64,000 nt of DNA from the human T2T-CHM13v2.0 reference genome, Homo sapiens, in NCBI GenBank assembly GCA_009914755.4, contig CP086569.2:8416001-8480000 (forward strand), given 5' to 3'. The notes under the pieces were generated by a model that saw only the letters and a program-made list of their open reading frames with translations, ran no database searches and was not told the DNA's origin. The first letter of the stretch is position 1. Each line of letters begins with the position of its first letter. Of this stretch, positions 24,715-38,706 are shown piece by piece. Position numbers and translations under genes: made by a program.

Positions 24715-24998
24715 CTGGTCCAGGATCACACCTGTAACCCAAGCACTTTGGGAGGCCAAGGCAGGCATATCACTAAGTCAGGAGGTTGAGACCATCCTGG
24801 CTAACACAGTGAAATCCTTTCTCTACTAAACATAAAAAACAAAATACCCTGGTATGGTAGCACGTGCCTGTAGTCCTAGCTACTTGGAAGGTTGAGGCAG
24901 GAGTATCTCTTGAACACGGGAGATGTAGGCTGAAGTGAGCTGAGATCACACCACTGCACTTCAACCTCAGTGACAGAGTAAGACTTGATATTAAAAAA
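24715..24998 (+). mobile_element. Alu element
   Basis: Contains 'cacctgtaacccaagcactttgggaggccaaggcagg..gtagtcctagctacttgg..ctgcacttcaacctcagtgacagagtaagac' and a polyA tail. Confidence 0.85.
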
Positions 24999-25962
24999 AA
25001 ACTGGTTATAAGGGAGGAGTTTAAAAGGTTGGGGTGCTTCCGTGGAGAAGCTGAAAGCTAGAGCAAACCAAGGGTTGCGTTTAAGGAAGAGCTCACAGGA
25101 CCATTGAAAACCACCTCTTTGTCCTGTACGGAATGCAGGGAATAGTGAATGTGGAGCTCCACTGCTTACTGATATGTGCAAGTTATCAGCCAGAGATACA
25201 CATCTTAGTCTGTTTGTGTTCCTATAAAAGAATATGAGACTGGAAAAATTATAAAGAAAAGAGCTTTCATTGGCTGCTGGTTCTGCATGCTGTAAAAGAT
25301 GTGTGGTGCCAGCATCCACATCTGGTAAGAGCCCCACAAGGCTTCCACTCAGGACAGAAGGTAAAAGGAAAACAGGCATGTCACATGTGGAGAGAGCAAG
25401 ACAGAGATGGAGAGAAGGTCTCAGGCTCTTTTCAACAACCAATTTGGATGTAAGCTCCATTGTGGGAAGTAATACACTGGAAAAGTCACTTATTTATCAT
25501 GGCAAAGGTGCCAAGCCATTTATGAGAGATGCAGCCCCATGACAGGAACACCTCCGACTAGATGCCATTTGCAGTGTGAAGACTACATTTCATTCTGAGG
25601 CTTGGAGTCACAAATGTCCAAAATATATCAATAGGCAAGTTTAAAAATCATGCAAAACTGCTGTAACACAATCCTTTTTCTTCTTTAGAATCCTGAGACT
25701 ATAAAAAGCTGTGCTTCATTAGCTTTCAGGGATTGGCAAGTCAGTATTCAAACTCGTAGGGAGCCACCTGATAAGTCAGGGCAATAGTTGGGTAGTTTGA
25801 CTTCTTCAAGGGAAAATTTAGAAGCTCAGTATATTGCTAGAGTGAGTAATGATGAAGACAGATGAGAAATGCCTATATGCCTAGTCTCAGAGGACCTTGA
25901 CAGATCAAAAAGTCAGAATCAGAAGCAAGATACCTGGGAAGAAGCTATAAAAATCAAGACAT

Positions 25963-26268
25963 GGCTGGGTGTGGTCATTCATGCCTGTAATCCCAACACT
26001 TTCAGAGGCCAAGGCAGGGGATCACCTGGTGTCAGGAGTTAGAGACCAGCCTGACCAACATGGTGAAATATTGTCTCTACTAAAAAATACAAAAATCAGC
26101 CTGGCATAGCGGTGGTTGCTGTAATCACAGCTACTTGGGAGGCTGAGGCAGGGGAATCACTTGAGCCCAGGAGGAAGAGTGCAGTGATCTGAGATCATGC
26201 CATTGCACTACTGCCTAGGTGACAGAGCAAGATTCTGTCTCAAAAGAATAAAGAAAGAAAAAAAAAGT
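25963..26268 (+). mobile_element. Alu element (AluS-like)
   Basis: Contains 'ggctgggtgtggtcattcatgcctgtaatcccaacactttcagaggccaaggcagg..' followed by an A-rich tail. Confidence 0.9.
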
Positions 26269-27059
26269 CAAGGCATTAGGTGTACAATCTAAGTTCTTTG
26301 AATCACAAAGTGGGAGCTGAGCTTCCTTGACTGCTTGAGATCCAGTAAGCTAGGAGGAAACAGTTTCAGAAATGCTTGAGTATCTATTTAAATCCCTCTT
26401 TTATCTTGGAGGTCCTAGGAGAGTTATGAATGCCAATCTGTGTTAGAATCCAGAGATAGGTAAGTTAGGAATCATTTTATTGAGAAGCAGCTGTAACAGT
26501 TGGGGAATTACATTTGTGGCTTAACACTTCAGTCCTCTGAGAGAAGCTGTGAAATAACAGTTCCCTATTGATTTCAGACCACTGGGACAGACATAAACTC
26601 CAGAACAAGACCATGATTCAGTTTTTCTTACCTCTTTTTAAGAGAGTATTTTCATAATCCTATATGCAAGAGTATCTCAGCTAGTTTCTGGGTTTATCTC
26701 ATAGGGAATTGATGTCGGTGTGGCTTTTTATTTGTTGCTTTGTGAATGGAGGAACAAATTAGAGCCTATCTTATCAGTTTGTTGGAGATGCCCTTTTTAT
26801 TAATTTTTTACTTATTTTAAAATATTTGTACAAAACTGTTGTAGATACTTTTGGCATACATGCGATATTTTGATACAAGCACCATGTACTGGTAACGAAG
26901 GAACCAAAGAGGGGATTGGGGTGACTTAAATTATAGTTCTTTAGAAGGAATAAGATCTAGTGTTCAGTAGCACAGGATGAGTACACTTAATGATTTAATG
27001 TGTATCTCAAAAGAATTAAAAGAGCGAAGGTGGAATGTCACTCACACCAACAAATGGTA

Positions 27060-27345
27060 TGCCAGACTCGGTGGCTCATGGCTATAATCACAACACTTTG
27101 GGAGGCCAAGGAAGGAGGATCATGTAAGCCTGGAAGTTTGAGACCAGCCTGTCCATACAACACACACACACAAACAAAAAAGCTGGGCACAGTGGCATTT
27201 GTCTGTAATTCCAGCTATTGGGAGGCTCAAATGGAAGGCTAACACATTTGAACCCAGGAGTTCAAGGCCGCAGTGAGCTACAATGTTATCACTGCAATCC
27301 GGGATGGACAACAGAGTGAGAACCTGTGTCTAAAAAAGAAAAAAT
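27060..27345 (+). mobile_element. Alu element (older, with internal (CA)n/A-rich linker)
   Basis: Contains 'ctcggtggctcatggctataatcacaacactttgggaggccaaggaagg..cagtgagctacaatgttatcactgcaatccgggatggacaacagagtgag'. Confidence 0.85.
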
Positions 27346-27409
27346 AAATGATAAGTGCTTGAACTGAAGGAAACCATAATTATTATTTATATTTTTGTTG
27401 ATTTATGTA

Positions 27410-27705
27410 ATTGTTTTTGTGTTGGAGTCTCACTCTGTCACCCAGGCTATAGTGCATGGTGCAATATAGGCTCACTGCAGCCTCAGGCTCCCAGGTTCAA
27501 AAGATTCTCCTGCCTGAGCCTCACAATTAACTGTAATATACTATGGGTTTGGGCCACCACACCCGGCTAATTTTTGTATTTTTGGTAGAAATGGGGGGTT
27601 TCATGGTGTTGGCCAGCCTGGTCTTGAACTCCTGACCTAAAGTGATCTACAAGCCTTGGCCTCCCAAAGAGCTGGAATTGAAGACTTGAGCCATCATGCC
27701 TGGAC
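27410..27705 (-). mobile_element. Alu element (antisense)
   Basis: Contains 'gagtctcactctgtcacccaggctatagtgcatggtgc..ccacacccggctaatttttgtatttttggtagaaatgggg..ggcctcccaaaga'. Confidence 0.9.
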
Positions 27706-27899
27706 AGTAAGATACACAAGAGTACAGAGTTTTGTGTTTTCACTTCATCCTCACAATCCTACATTATAGGTGAATGAAAACACAACTTCATAACATGAAT
27801 AACTCACTTTTAAATCAAAGTTGGTAATTTCTCTCTTTAAAATTATTTGCACCTTTACCTAATAAAAATTGAGATCTTGTCCAAATTTTACCAATTTAC

Positions 27900-28160
27900 A
27901 TGCTCATGCCTGTAATCTTAGCACTTTGGGAGTCCAAGAAGGGTGGATCAGGATTTTCAGAACACCCAGGCAATCATAGTGAAACCATGTCTGTATTAAA
28001 AATACAAAAAAAAAATAGCCAGCTGTGGTGCACACATATCTAATCCAGTTACTCAGAATGCTGAGGCAGGAGAATAACTTGGACCCAGAAGCTGGAGGTA
28101 GCAGTAAGCCAAGATGGAGCACTGCACCCCAACTTGGGCAACAAAACTACACTCCATCTC
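27900..28160 (+). mobile_element. Alu element
   Basis: Contains 'catgcctgtaatcttagcactttgggagtccaagaagggtggatc..cagttactcagaatgctgaggcaggag..cactgcaccccaacttgggcaacaaaactac'. Confidence 0.85.
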
Positions 28161-29394
28161 AAAAAAACAATTGATAAAGTCTCAACCATTCTAAATTATT
28201 TCTATTTGTAAGAACTTATTACTAAACCATTACTTACATCAAACATTGTCAAAACTTTCAAGAAAAAATTAATATGAGTACCTCCCCAGACAAAACACTT
28301 AGTTTCCACTATGTAAACTATGAACATTTAATTTCATTATGCTATGTACTTGAGAAACTTTGCTGGTTCACTTTTGTTTTATGTAAAAAAATAGTTTTCA
28401 TTACCATTATCCCTCTTCAGCCACAGAATGCTTCAAGTAGAATATTACAGATGTCTTAAACTTTGGTATCTAGCACATCTAATTATCTCTTTTGTCATGT
28501 ACTATTCCTCTAAAAAATAAACGTTTTATGGTGAGGGAGAGAGTTTTGGAGGCTTTCTCAAGACTTCTCAAATATTTTAAGCTTATATGTTTTTAGTGAG
28601 AAACAGCCTAATCAGAAAACTTGTGCAGCCTGCAAGGGAGACATATCACATGCCTAATTTTGTATATACTTATGTTCAAAGAAACAAAGGAAAATGTTCA
28701 ACAAACAATACAATTTACTCTCCTATTAAATTTGCTTTTGATCATGTGCAGCTATGCAATAACATCAGTCATTTTGCATTACATGTAAAATTTTATGCTG
28801 AAAATGTTAATGTAGATATTACATCTAAACACACAGTTTTCAAATAGCATTAACAAGTATGATATTACTCTGAAAAAAGTTCCTTTTTCTTTGAATACCT
28901 CAGAAAATTCACAAAATCAACATGTTTCTTTCAGTAATGTGCATGTAACAATGCAGAAATAACATTTCAAGTTTCGATTTGCAAACAAGATTTGGTATGC
29001 AGTAACTATTATTTTGAATACTTGCTTTAAAATCCGCTTTAGTCGCCTTTTTCAGATTGACTTTCCCCACCATCTCCTGTAGATGGCACATAACTTGAAC
29101 TACCATATGCTTCAAGAGGAGCAGAGTGCACCCTATCCAGAGAAGGTGGATTCCTTTGGTCTTTTCTGCCAATGTTCTCATGACCACAAGAATAAAAATC
29201 GCCATAGCTCCTTGAGCAACTTTCCTGACTTCTGCCGTATCTATCTCATGTATTGTTATAATCATGGCAGCTGCTTCCACCATAAGACATCCAAGGCCCT
29301 CGCTCAGGTGGTGCACCATGAGAGGTCCCTGCAGGGTTGATAAAATAATATGTTGGCATATTCAAGCAAAATGATTGAACATATCTGACATTAA

Positions 29395-29700
29395 TACTGT
29401 GAGTGCTTGGTTTCAGAACCGAAACAATGTAAGAATAAATGTTATTCAACCTTATCCTCAAACAGTTACTACCTGGATGCAGCCAGAATGGCAAATAATC
29501 CACCCATTGAACCAATCTGAAAAGAATGCAGTCATATCCTGGACCCAGTCTGAAGGTGATGTCATCCAACCTTGGAACTATGCTGAAAGCAATACAGTCA
29601 GACTCTGGGCCCATTCTGAAACTGATAAAATAAAACAATGTACTGAGCCTGAAGCAATTAGGACCTGGCCTGAGGTGGGCATGTTAACACATTTGTTGAA
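29395..29700. repeat. Degenerate ~33-bp minisatellite (6-8 copies; core TGGNCCCANTCTGAAANNNATNNAGTCANNCC)
   Basis: Directly readable units: 'tggacccagtctgaaggtgatgtcatccaacct', 'tggaactatgctgaaagcaatacagtcagactc', 'tgggcccattctgaaactgataaaataaaacaatgtac', 'tgaaccaatctgaaaagaatgcagtcatatcc', 'tggatgcagccagaatggcaaataatccacccat'. The repeat creates ORFs with 11-codon periodicity on both strands. Confidence 0.7.
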
Positions 29701-30420
29701 GCAAAATCATTATGCTCAGTGACATTAGCCAGTTGCAGAAGAACACATACTGCATGATACTACTTACATGAGAAATATAAAATAGTCACACTCACAGAAA
29801 CAGATTGTAGAATGGTGGTTTCCAGGGAGTAGGGGAAGGGGAAAATGAGTAGCTGCTAATCAATGGTGGTAAAGTTTTATTTACTGAGGATGACTACTTT
29901 TGGAGATCCACTGCACAATGTTGTGCCTATAGTTGACAATTCTGTATTGTACACATAAAAACTTGTTAAGAGGGTAGATCTCATGCTAATTTTTCTTATC
30001 ACAAAGAAATTCAATTTACAAATCAGAGTTTCCAAATTGATCTTTCAGAATGCTTTAAAATGCAGGTCATATGTTAAAGCTCTTGGATATTTAATATTTC
30101 TAAACAGGATATCTCTAGGTAGAGTTGGGTCCTCTGGTTCCCAGTGAATTTAAATGGTTTAAGATTAAGTAACCAGAGATTGTGTAATTAAAACAGAAGG
30201 ATGCTTCACCTCATTACTCTGGTTAATTGATGGTAAATTTCATCAACCAAGTATGTAAATAAATTTTGAATCATAACCCTTAAAACAGGAAATATAAGAT
30301 AAAGTATGCTGTCTTTTCTACACAGCTATGTTTTTTTAATTTTATTTTAAAAAGGGAACTAATAGCTCTTGAGAGGGAAAGTATAAAGTCTCACTTTACA
30401 GTGGTGAGAAAGCATCCAAA

Positions 30421-30470
30421 ATAATAATAATAATAATGATAATAATAATAATAATAGTAGTAATAATAAG
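30421..30470. repeat. (ATA)n microsatellite, imperfect
   Basis: Seen directly in the sequence. Confidence 0.9.
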
Positions 30471-30821
30471 TGAGATTGTTAAGAGAAAGCTAGATAAACC
30501 CCTAAATAAAAACCAGCTTTCTATAGACAGTATCAATCAAATCTCGGTATACCTTATAATCTGGTCACCTTAATTTAGATAAAATTGTTTCTGAAAATAG
30601 GTGAGTATATATAATATTTTTTAAATGATTAAGATCAAAAAGTATATGTTTTCTTTTATAACACAATGTCTCTGTAACTGGAAATTGTTCATCTCATTTA
30701 CTAAAACAGGGAGCACTCAGTAGATTTAGAATACCTGAAAAATCATCTTTTTCTATATTAAAATTTAAAAAATAACAGAGATCGAACAATTAAGCCATAC
30801 CTCTTAAAAAGCACATGGTTA

Positions 30822-31125
30822 GGCCAGCCGCGTTGGCTCATGCCTGTAATTCCAAAACTTTGGGAGGCTGAGGCGGGTGGATCACGAGGTCAGGAGTTCA
30901 AGACCAGCCTGACCAACACCATGAAACCCCATCTCCACTAAAAAACACAAATAAAAATTTAGCTGGATGTGGTTGTGCATGCCTGTAATCCTGACTACTT
31001 GGAACGCTGAGGCAGAAGAAACGCATGGACAGAGGTTGCAGTGAGCTGAGAATGCCCCACTGCACTCCAGCCTGGCAACAAAGCGAGACTCCATCTCAAA
31101 AACAAAACAAAACAGAACAAAAAAA
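30822..31125 (+). mobile_element. Alu element (AluY/Sc-like, several intact CpGs)
   Basis: Contains 'ggccagccgcgttggctcatgcctgtaattccaaaactttgggaggctgaggcgggtggatcacgaggtcaggagttcaagaccagcctgacc..' and an A-rich tail. Confidence 0.9.
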
Positions 31126-32039
31126 GAAGCATCACATCATTGTCCAAGTCACCATGTCAGCAATTAAAATGCCTTTCTAGCATGGTATTTAGTGAACATG
31201 TAACATGAGACATTTAAAACTGCTCATAATTTACCTACAGGATTTTAGTTTCCCCAGATGATCTGCTAAGTTGATCAAGTAGATACAAATTTGGGGCCAT
31301 ATTAAGCATAAAAGTGTGTTTGAAAGATTCTAACAGTATTTGAGGAGCCATTAACAATTATTATGCAAGTATATATTAGGAACCTAAAAGTTTCTTCTTT
31401 TTTCTGCCATTTCGTCTTGCTAACATAGTCTAATGAGGTCCAGCATATTTCCTAGATTAAGAGACAGCAGTTATTCAGAACATCAATTTAACCACTCAGG
31501 AATAACAATTTTATAAGGTATCATAATTGTTTTCTTGGCTGAATCCCCAACTTGCAATGTTAGTGTGAAGATTTTATATTCATTAAGTTTGCTCCTATAT
31601 TCATTTTATTGAGCTAAATGTGAGATAGAATGCTCACCAGAAGCGACTTTATCTGTTTTTTATGTGATTTTTATATTTTAAGTCTAGAGTCAATGTGTAG
31701 AAATCAAAATCCGTGGGAGTTTCTTAGAGGGACTGCTTTGATTCAATCAAGTCTCCTTAACATGCATTTCTTATGTGTCAAACTCTGAGTTAGGAGATCT
31801 GCCAGACAGATATGCAGAAAAAGAATCAGCTACATGCTCTGGTCTCAAAGAAAATGGCTTCAGCGTTAGATTGTTTACATAGTAATGGTCTAATGTATTA
31901 TCTACACAGTAGTGATAAAAGTTAGAACTGGACATGGTAGATACATTAGATCTATTTGTTAAATAGACTTTATAAACATTTTCTGAACAAATGAACAAAT
32001 GTACTTCAAAATGGAGGAATATGCAAATGTACTGAGAAG

Positions 32040-32536
32040 TCAAAAAAATAAGAGCTTGCATCTAATTTAGAGAGATTGTGGCTTGAATTTTGAGGAAATA
32101 TTATCTTCCTTAGTGTAATATTGAAACAAAATGCAAAATAATAACACCTATCTATAACAAACCCCCAGCTGACATCATACTGAATGGGCAAAAATGGAAT
32201 GATTCCTCTTGAGAACTGGCACAAGACAAGGATGCCCTCTCTCGCCACTTCTATACATAGTACTGAAAATCCTAGTAAGAGCAATCAGGCAGAAGAAAGA
32301 AAAGAAAGCATCCAAATAGGAAGATAAGAGGTCAAACTACCTCTCTTTAGTGGTGAAAATGATTCTATATATAGAAAACACTAAACACTCCACCAAAAGC
32401 CTCCTGTAAATAATAAGCAACTTCAGTAAAGCTTCAGAAAACAAACTCAATGTATAAAAATCAGTAGCATTTCTATATACCAATAATGTTGATGCTGAGA
32501 ACCAAATCAAGAACACAATCCCATTTCCAGTAATCA

Positions 32537-32567
<31 letters not shown>

Positions 32568-34520
32568 CACTTAGGAATTCACCTGACCCAAGAGGTGGAT
32601 AGTTCTACAAGGAGAACTACAAAACACTGCTGAAAGAAATGAGAGATGACATAAATGAAAGAAAAAAATATTCTTACTCTTGGATTGGAAAAATCATTAT
32701 TGTTAAAATGGTCACACAGGCTAAAGTAATTTACAGATTCAATGTTATCCCTATCAAAATACAAATAATATTTTTCATAGAATTAGAAAAAACTATTTTA
32801 AAATTCATATGTAACCACAAAAGAGCCCAAATAGCCAAAGCAATCCTAAACAAAAAGAGCAAAGTCGGAGGCATCACATTACATGACTTCAAACTATACC
32901 ATAAAGCTACAGTAACAAAACCAGCATGGTATTGGTACAAAAAGAGAAATATACACTAATAAATAGATTATAGAACCCAGAAATAAAGGCACAAACCTGT
33001 AAGTACCAGATCTTTGACAAAATCAATAAATATATGCGATAAGGAAATGTCTCCCTATTCAATAATAGGTGCTGGGATAAACTGGTGAGCAATATGCAGA
33101 AGAGTAAAACTAGACTCGTTCCTTATATAATGCACAAAATGCAACTCAAGATGGATTAAAGATTTAAATATAACACCTCAAACTATTGAAAATTCTAGAA
33201 AACCTAGAAAATACCCTTCTCAACATCAGCTTTGGCAAATAATTTTTGGCTAGGTCCCCAAAAGCAATTGCAACAAAACCAAAAATTGACAAGAGTGTCA
33301 TAGTTAAAATAAAGAGCCTCTGTACAGCAAAATAAACTGTCAGTGATATAAACACACACCATGCATGTGACAAAGGTCTAATATTCAGAAACTAAAATAA
33401 ATTTAAATCATAAAGTAAAAACCAAAAAATACACTTAAAAATGGGCAACAGGCATGAAGAAACACTTCTGGAAGAAAACATACAAGTGGCCAAAAAACGT
33501 GAAAAAATGCTCAACATCACTATGCATTAGAGAAAAAGAAATCCAAATCAAAATGAGATACCATCTCACACCAGTCAGAATGACTATTCCTAAAATGCCA
33601 AAAAATAACACATGCTGGTGAGGTTGTAGGAAAAAAAAGGAATGCTTATGCAATGTTGACAGGAATATAAACTAGTTAAGCCACTCTGGAAAGCAGTTTT
33701 GGGATTTCACAAACTACTTAAAACAAAACTACCATTCAGCCCAGCAATTCCATTATTGAGTATATACCCAAAAGAAAACAAATTTTTCTACAAAAAAGAC
33801 ACATGGAGTGGCATCTTGACTGCAGCACTATTCACGATAGAAAAAGACATGGAATCAACCTAGGTGCCCACCAATGGTGGAGTGGATAAAGAAAATGTGG
33901 TACACATACACAATGGAAAAATACACAGCCACAACAAAGAACAAAATCATATCCTTTCTAGCAACATGGATGCAACTGAAGGCCATTATCTTAAGCAGAT
34001 TAATTCAAGAACAGAAAACAAGATACCACACATGCTCTCTGATCAAGCATCTGATCTTTAAAAAAATTGATAAATGTAAGCAAGGAGGAAATGACTTCCT
34101 ATTCAATAAATGATGTCGGGATAAACAGGTGATCCATATGCAGAAGATAGAAATTGGACCCATCTAGTAGTATCCCCTGTCTATTCTTTCCATTTTTATA
34201 TCTATGTGTATACAATAATTTGTATACATTGTAAACATCATATACAGATAGACATAAAGATGGGAACCAGAGGCAGTGGGGACTACTAGATGGGGAAAGG
34301 AGGGAAGGGGGCATAGGCTATAAGAACACCTGTTGGGTATTATGCTCACTACCTGGGTGACAGGATCACTTGTACCCCAGTCCTCAACATCACAGTATAC
34401 CCATGTAAGTACACCTCCACACATACACAATTTTATCTATGGTAAAATGCTGCACACACAGCATTTTGTCTATAATAAAAGTTGAAATTGTAAAAAATAA
34501 AATAAAATTTTAATATGACT
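32040..34520 (+). mobile_element. L1 (LINE-1) 5'-truncated copy: ORF2 C-terminal half + 3' UTR (L1PB/older L1PA-like)
   Basis: ORF 32639-32959 ('..[70 protein letters not shown]') and 33864-34061 match conserved L1 ORF2 peptides. The 3' UTR motif 'gggaagggggcataggctataagaacacctgttgggtattatgctcactacctgggtgacaggatc' is followed by an A-rich end. Confidence 0.9.
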
Positions 34521-35362
34521 CAATTCATTAAAAATACTGTTGTAAACTATAACTCTTTAAAATCTTATACCCTTGACAGTTCTTTTGAAATAAACATGTT
34601 ATTTGCTGTAGATGTAAATATTTACAGTATATGTCAGAAATTACAGAATATTGAAAAGAAAAATAGAAAATATAATAAGAGTATGAGATCATAAAAAAAA
34701 AATCATCTGTTTCTGCCTGGGTCTGGCCCATGGGGAACTAAAAGAATGATGATTAAGGGTGTGAGTGTCTTACTAATACAGACCTCAAAGGCTATGATGT
34801 CATTCCAAACATCTTAGTTTCTATTAATAACACAACGTAGTTACTTATCCATGAACTTAGTTAAGCATCTTTTCACTATCCATTACCTTTTAAAGTAATG
34901 TAGTTTTGTAAGATGGAAAATTTCCTTCTTCTTTTGCATTTCTCTCTTCAAGGTTAATTTATGTGAAATGCTATTCATAACGCATGAATATATAAAAAAT
35001 ATAGTGTGAATGATGCTATCATTCTTAAGTAGCTTAAAGTTCTACATCATTTTTATAGACGTTATCATATTTATGTATTTGTTTTTTTAATTCCAATTTA
35101 TGAAGTTCTATGTACAATGTACTGGAACTATATATTGGGGACACAAAGACAAGCAAGACAGATATGGTATCTGCCCTAGTGGAACTTATAGACCAATTAC
35201 AAGTAGATAAACATATAGATTGTTTTGAGAACAATGAAGGAAGGAAACGTTATTTGATATTAGAGCCCATGGGACAGGACGGGAAGTGTGGATTAGTGGA
35301 CAGAAAAGTGTTCTTTGAAGAGATGAAATTTAAGCTGATATCTGAAGGATAAGAAGGAGCTA

Positions 35363-35712
<350 letters not shown>

Positions 35713-36720
35713 CAAATACTTCAAAGTCAGACACTTATTGGTATGTTATAGGAACAGATAAAAAGGTCAATGTCAGAAAAATAAAGGGGGGATATTCTAT
35801 GGGTGTGAGATGAAGTTTGAGAGAAATAGCACAGCTCATGCAGAAGTGGAATGATACTGAAAGATTTCTGATTTATGCAGAAGTGTGTACTGACATGATT
35901 TAATTCTTAAAATTGTTCTGAATATTATAAGGAGAATGAATTCAAGAGAAGGAGTTGGAAAAGGAAGATGTTTATAAATATAAAAGTATATTTAAGTAGT
36001 TCAAGCAAGAAATGCAGAGGTGGCTTAGCTTAGTGGAGGTAGAAATTTAAATGGAATTGAAGAGATATTTGCAGGTATATCTGGTAGGGTAAAATTATAA
36101 TTATATGTTAACTCGTGTTTCTTTCCTTCCAGACTGGTGCCCATGTAGGGATCATCGATGTTATATTAATCTCTGAATTTTCATTCCCATCTGTGCATAT
36201 TCTATGAAAAATATTTTTCCATAATTTGAAGTATCTGATGCATGGAAGACATTCTTGAAATCTGTAAATAGATGAATAAGTTTGTTATCTATACTGGAAT
36301 TGCCCTCTCTGTGCCCTAAAATTACTTTTATTTCTTCCTTCAAGAGAGACCTACTGGTTTTGATATAATACAATGTGGTAAACATGGCTACACCCTGTTT
36401 CTCCACCCCCCCTTCAAGATATTTCAGATTTCAATAATATATGTTCAGTATTTTTATCTTTCAGGTGAAAGACACACAGTCTTTTGATTCTTATATGGCA
36501 CTTCTTTCTTTTCAATGATCACTTCTGTTGCCTTCCTCTGAATTTTCACCTCATTTATCTCTTATTTGACATGTGATAATACTATGTTCCTGGCGTGCAT
36601 GCACCACAATCCTGTATGTCAATTAGATGCTGCATTTTGGCTGATTCCAATATATTTTCTAATAAAGCTTAATATTTTCTAGAATTTGTTTTTTTCTAAA
36701 AAAACAGGGCCCAAAGACAT

Positions 36721-36850
36721 ACAAATTTTTCTTGTTAAATGATGAGTTGATGGGTGCAGCACACCAACATGGCACATGTATACATACATAACTAACCTGC
36801 ATGTTGTGCTCATGTACCCTAAAACTTAAAGTATAATAATAAAAAAGTAA
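36721..36850 (+). mobile_element. L1 3'-end fragment (extreme 3' UTR only)
   Basis: Contains 'gatgagttgatgggtgcagcacaccaacatggcacatgtatacatacataactaacctgcatgttgtgctcatgtaccctaaaacttaaagtataataataaaaaag'. Confidence 0.9.
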
Positions 36851-37600
36851 CAGTTCACAGCTTGAAATAGAATTGTGAGAATTTTTTTCTTGCCCTTGTC
36901 AATAATGAATCTTATCTATAATTTTGTTCCTTTTTGATGTAGCCTTATGTAATTTTCTTGCATTCTGTCCCTGTCAGTTTGGCATCTCACTATCCCCAGA
37001 AGAGGTTAGTGTCAATTGCATTCTTTCCTGCAAATCACTTATAAAAACTGTCAGATTATACTGAACCCTGGGAATTTCTCCATTTGTACTTTCTGTCCAA
37101 AGCAATTTTCCCTTATTATTTTCTTCTTGTTTTGTAAGGCAATTGTCTATTCATGGCAAAAACAGGCTTGTCAACTTCACGGTAACTCCAGTTGAAGCTT
37201 ATGTGAAGGTACTTTGGAAATGAAAATAATATATTTGCTTGTTATATTTTGTTCATTTATTAGGTATTCACAGTTATTTATGAAGTGCTCAATCATGTTA
37301 ATCACCTGAACATGATTATACTTATAGAAAGCACATTCTCTTTTCATGAATGTGTTGTGTCTTCTTGAATAAAGCAGGTAATCTATATATCTATCTCCCA
37401 CTAACTTGCCTCATATCCAGGTAAGATTTGTCATTCTTAACTTTAGAATCTCCACTGAAACTCTTATAGATGCCAACTATCATCCTTTCATCATTTTTAA
37501 TGACTATTTACATTTTTTGACTAATAGCTCCACAATGCCACCCTTGGATTCTTTTAAAATTTTTGGTGCATTTAATTTAAGTTACTGATTAAATCTCTAA

Positions 37601-37865
<265 letters not shown>

Positions 37866-38706
37866 GCTTTATTATTTATTTAAATCATTTTCTGAAGCTA
37901 TTTTCTCATTTAGAAGGTGTCTTCTTTGACCTTTTAAAGATTACTTACACATTTAATTACTTAACATTTATTGAATGGCTACTAAGGATTGGGAGCTTAG
38001 CAGTGAACAAGGTAGGTAGAAATTTCTGCCTTTGTGGAGTTTATATTCTTTTAGAGTTGACAGACAATAAAAGTAGATAGGGGGATACTACTTAATACAG
38101 AGGGTTTAGGAAAAGTTTTTCTAAAAATATAACATTTTATCAGGCACCTGAATGATGGGAGGGCCTGAGTGATGTGAGGAAGCTGTGTAGTTATCTGGAG
38201 AAAAGGGAGTTCCAGGTAGAGGGAACAACAAGTGCATAGGCTCTGATATAGGCATGTGCTTGGCTTGTTCAATGAACAGCAAGGAGTCTATTGCTACAGA
38301 AACAAAGTAAGTGAGTAGGAGAGTGGTAGGAAATGAGAACTAGGGACTTAGCCAGAGCCCAGATGATGCAAGACCTTATAGACCACATTGAGGAGGTTAA
38401 ATTTTATTCTTGGTAAGATAAGAAACCATCTGATGGTTTTAAGCATGGGGGGATCATAATAGCACTTGTTTAAAAATGAAACTCTCATTACAGTGTGTAT
38501 AGAATACATTGGGGCATGGGACAGTGGAAGCCATAAAACAAATTAGGAAGCTATTAGTGTAGGCAATTCAGAAAAGAAACAATTATGACGTGAACATGGG
38601 TGTCAGTGTAAGTCATCAGATTATGAATGTATTTTGAAGATGTGCCAGGCTGCATATGCTGATGGACTAATTGTGTAGTGTAAGAGAAAGCTAAAAAATT
38701 ATTCCA

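Noticed and set aside
32639-32959. ORFs 32639-32959(+), 33864-34061(+), 40555-40770(-), 40971-41189(-) with clean protein-like sequence
   Set aside because: They are LINE-1 ORF2 C-terminal peptides (e.g. '[24 protein letters not shown]', 'KRHEQTLLKRYVQVAKKHMKKCSSSLIIREIQIK') inside truncated L1 copies. They are not host genes.
35110-35352. 80-aa ORF 'MYNVLELYIGDTKTSKTDMVSALVELIDQLQ..' next to an Alu
   Set aside because: The DNA here ('..agtggacagaaaagtgttctttgaagagatgaaatttaagctgatatctgaaggataagaaggagc') resembles a common ancient interspersed-repeat motif ('..gaggaggtgacatttgagctgagacctgaaggatgagaaggagc'). The ORF is most likely repeat-derived noise.
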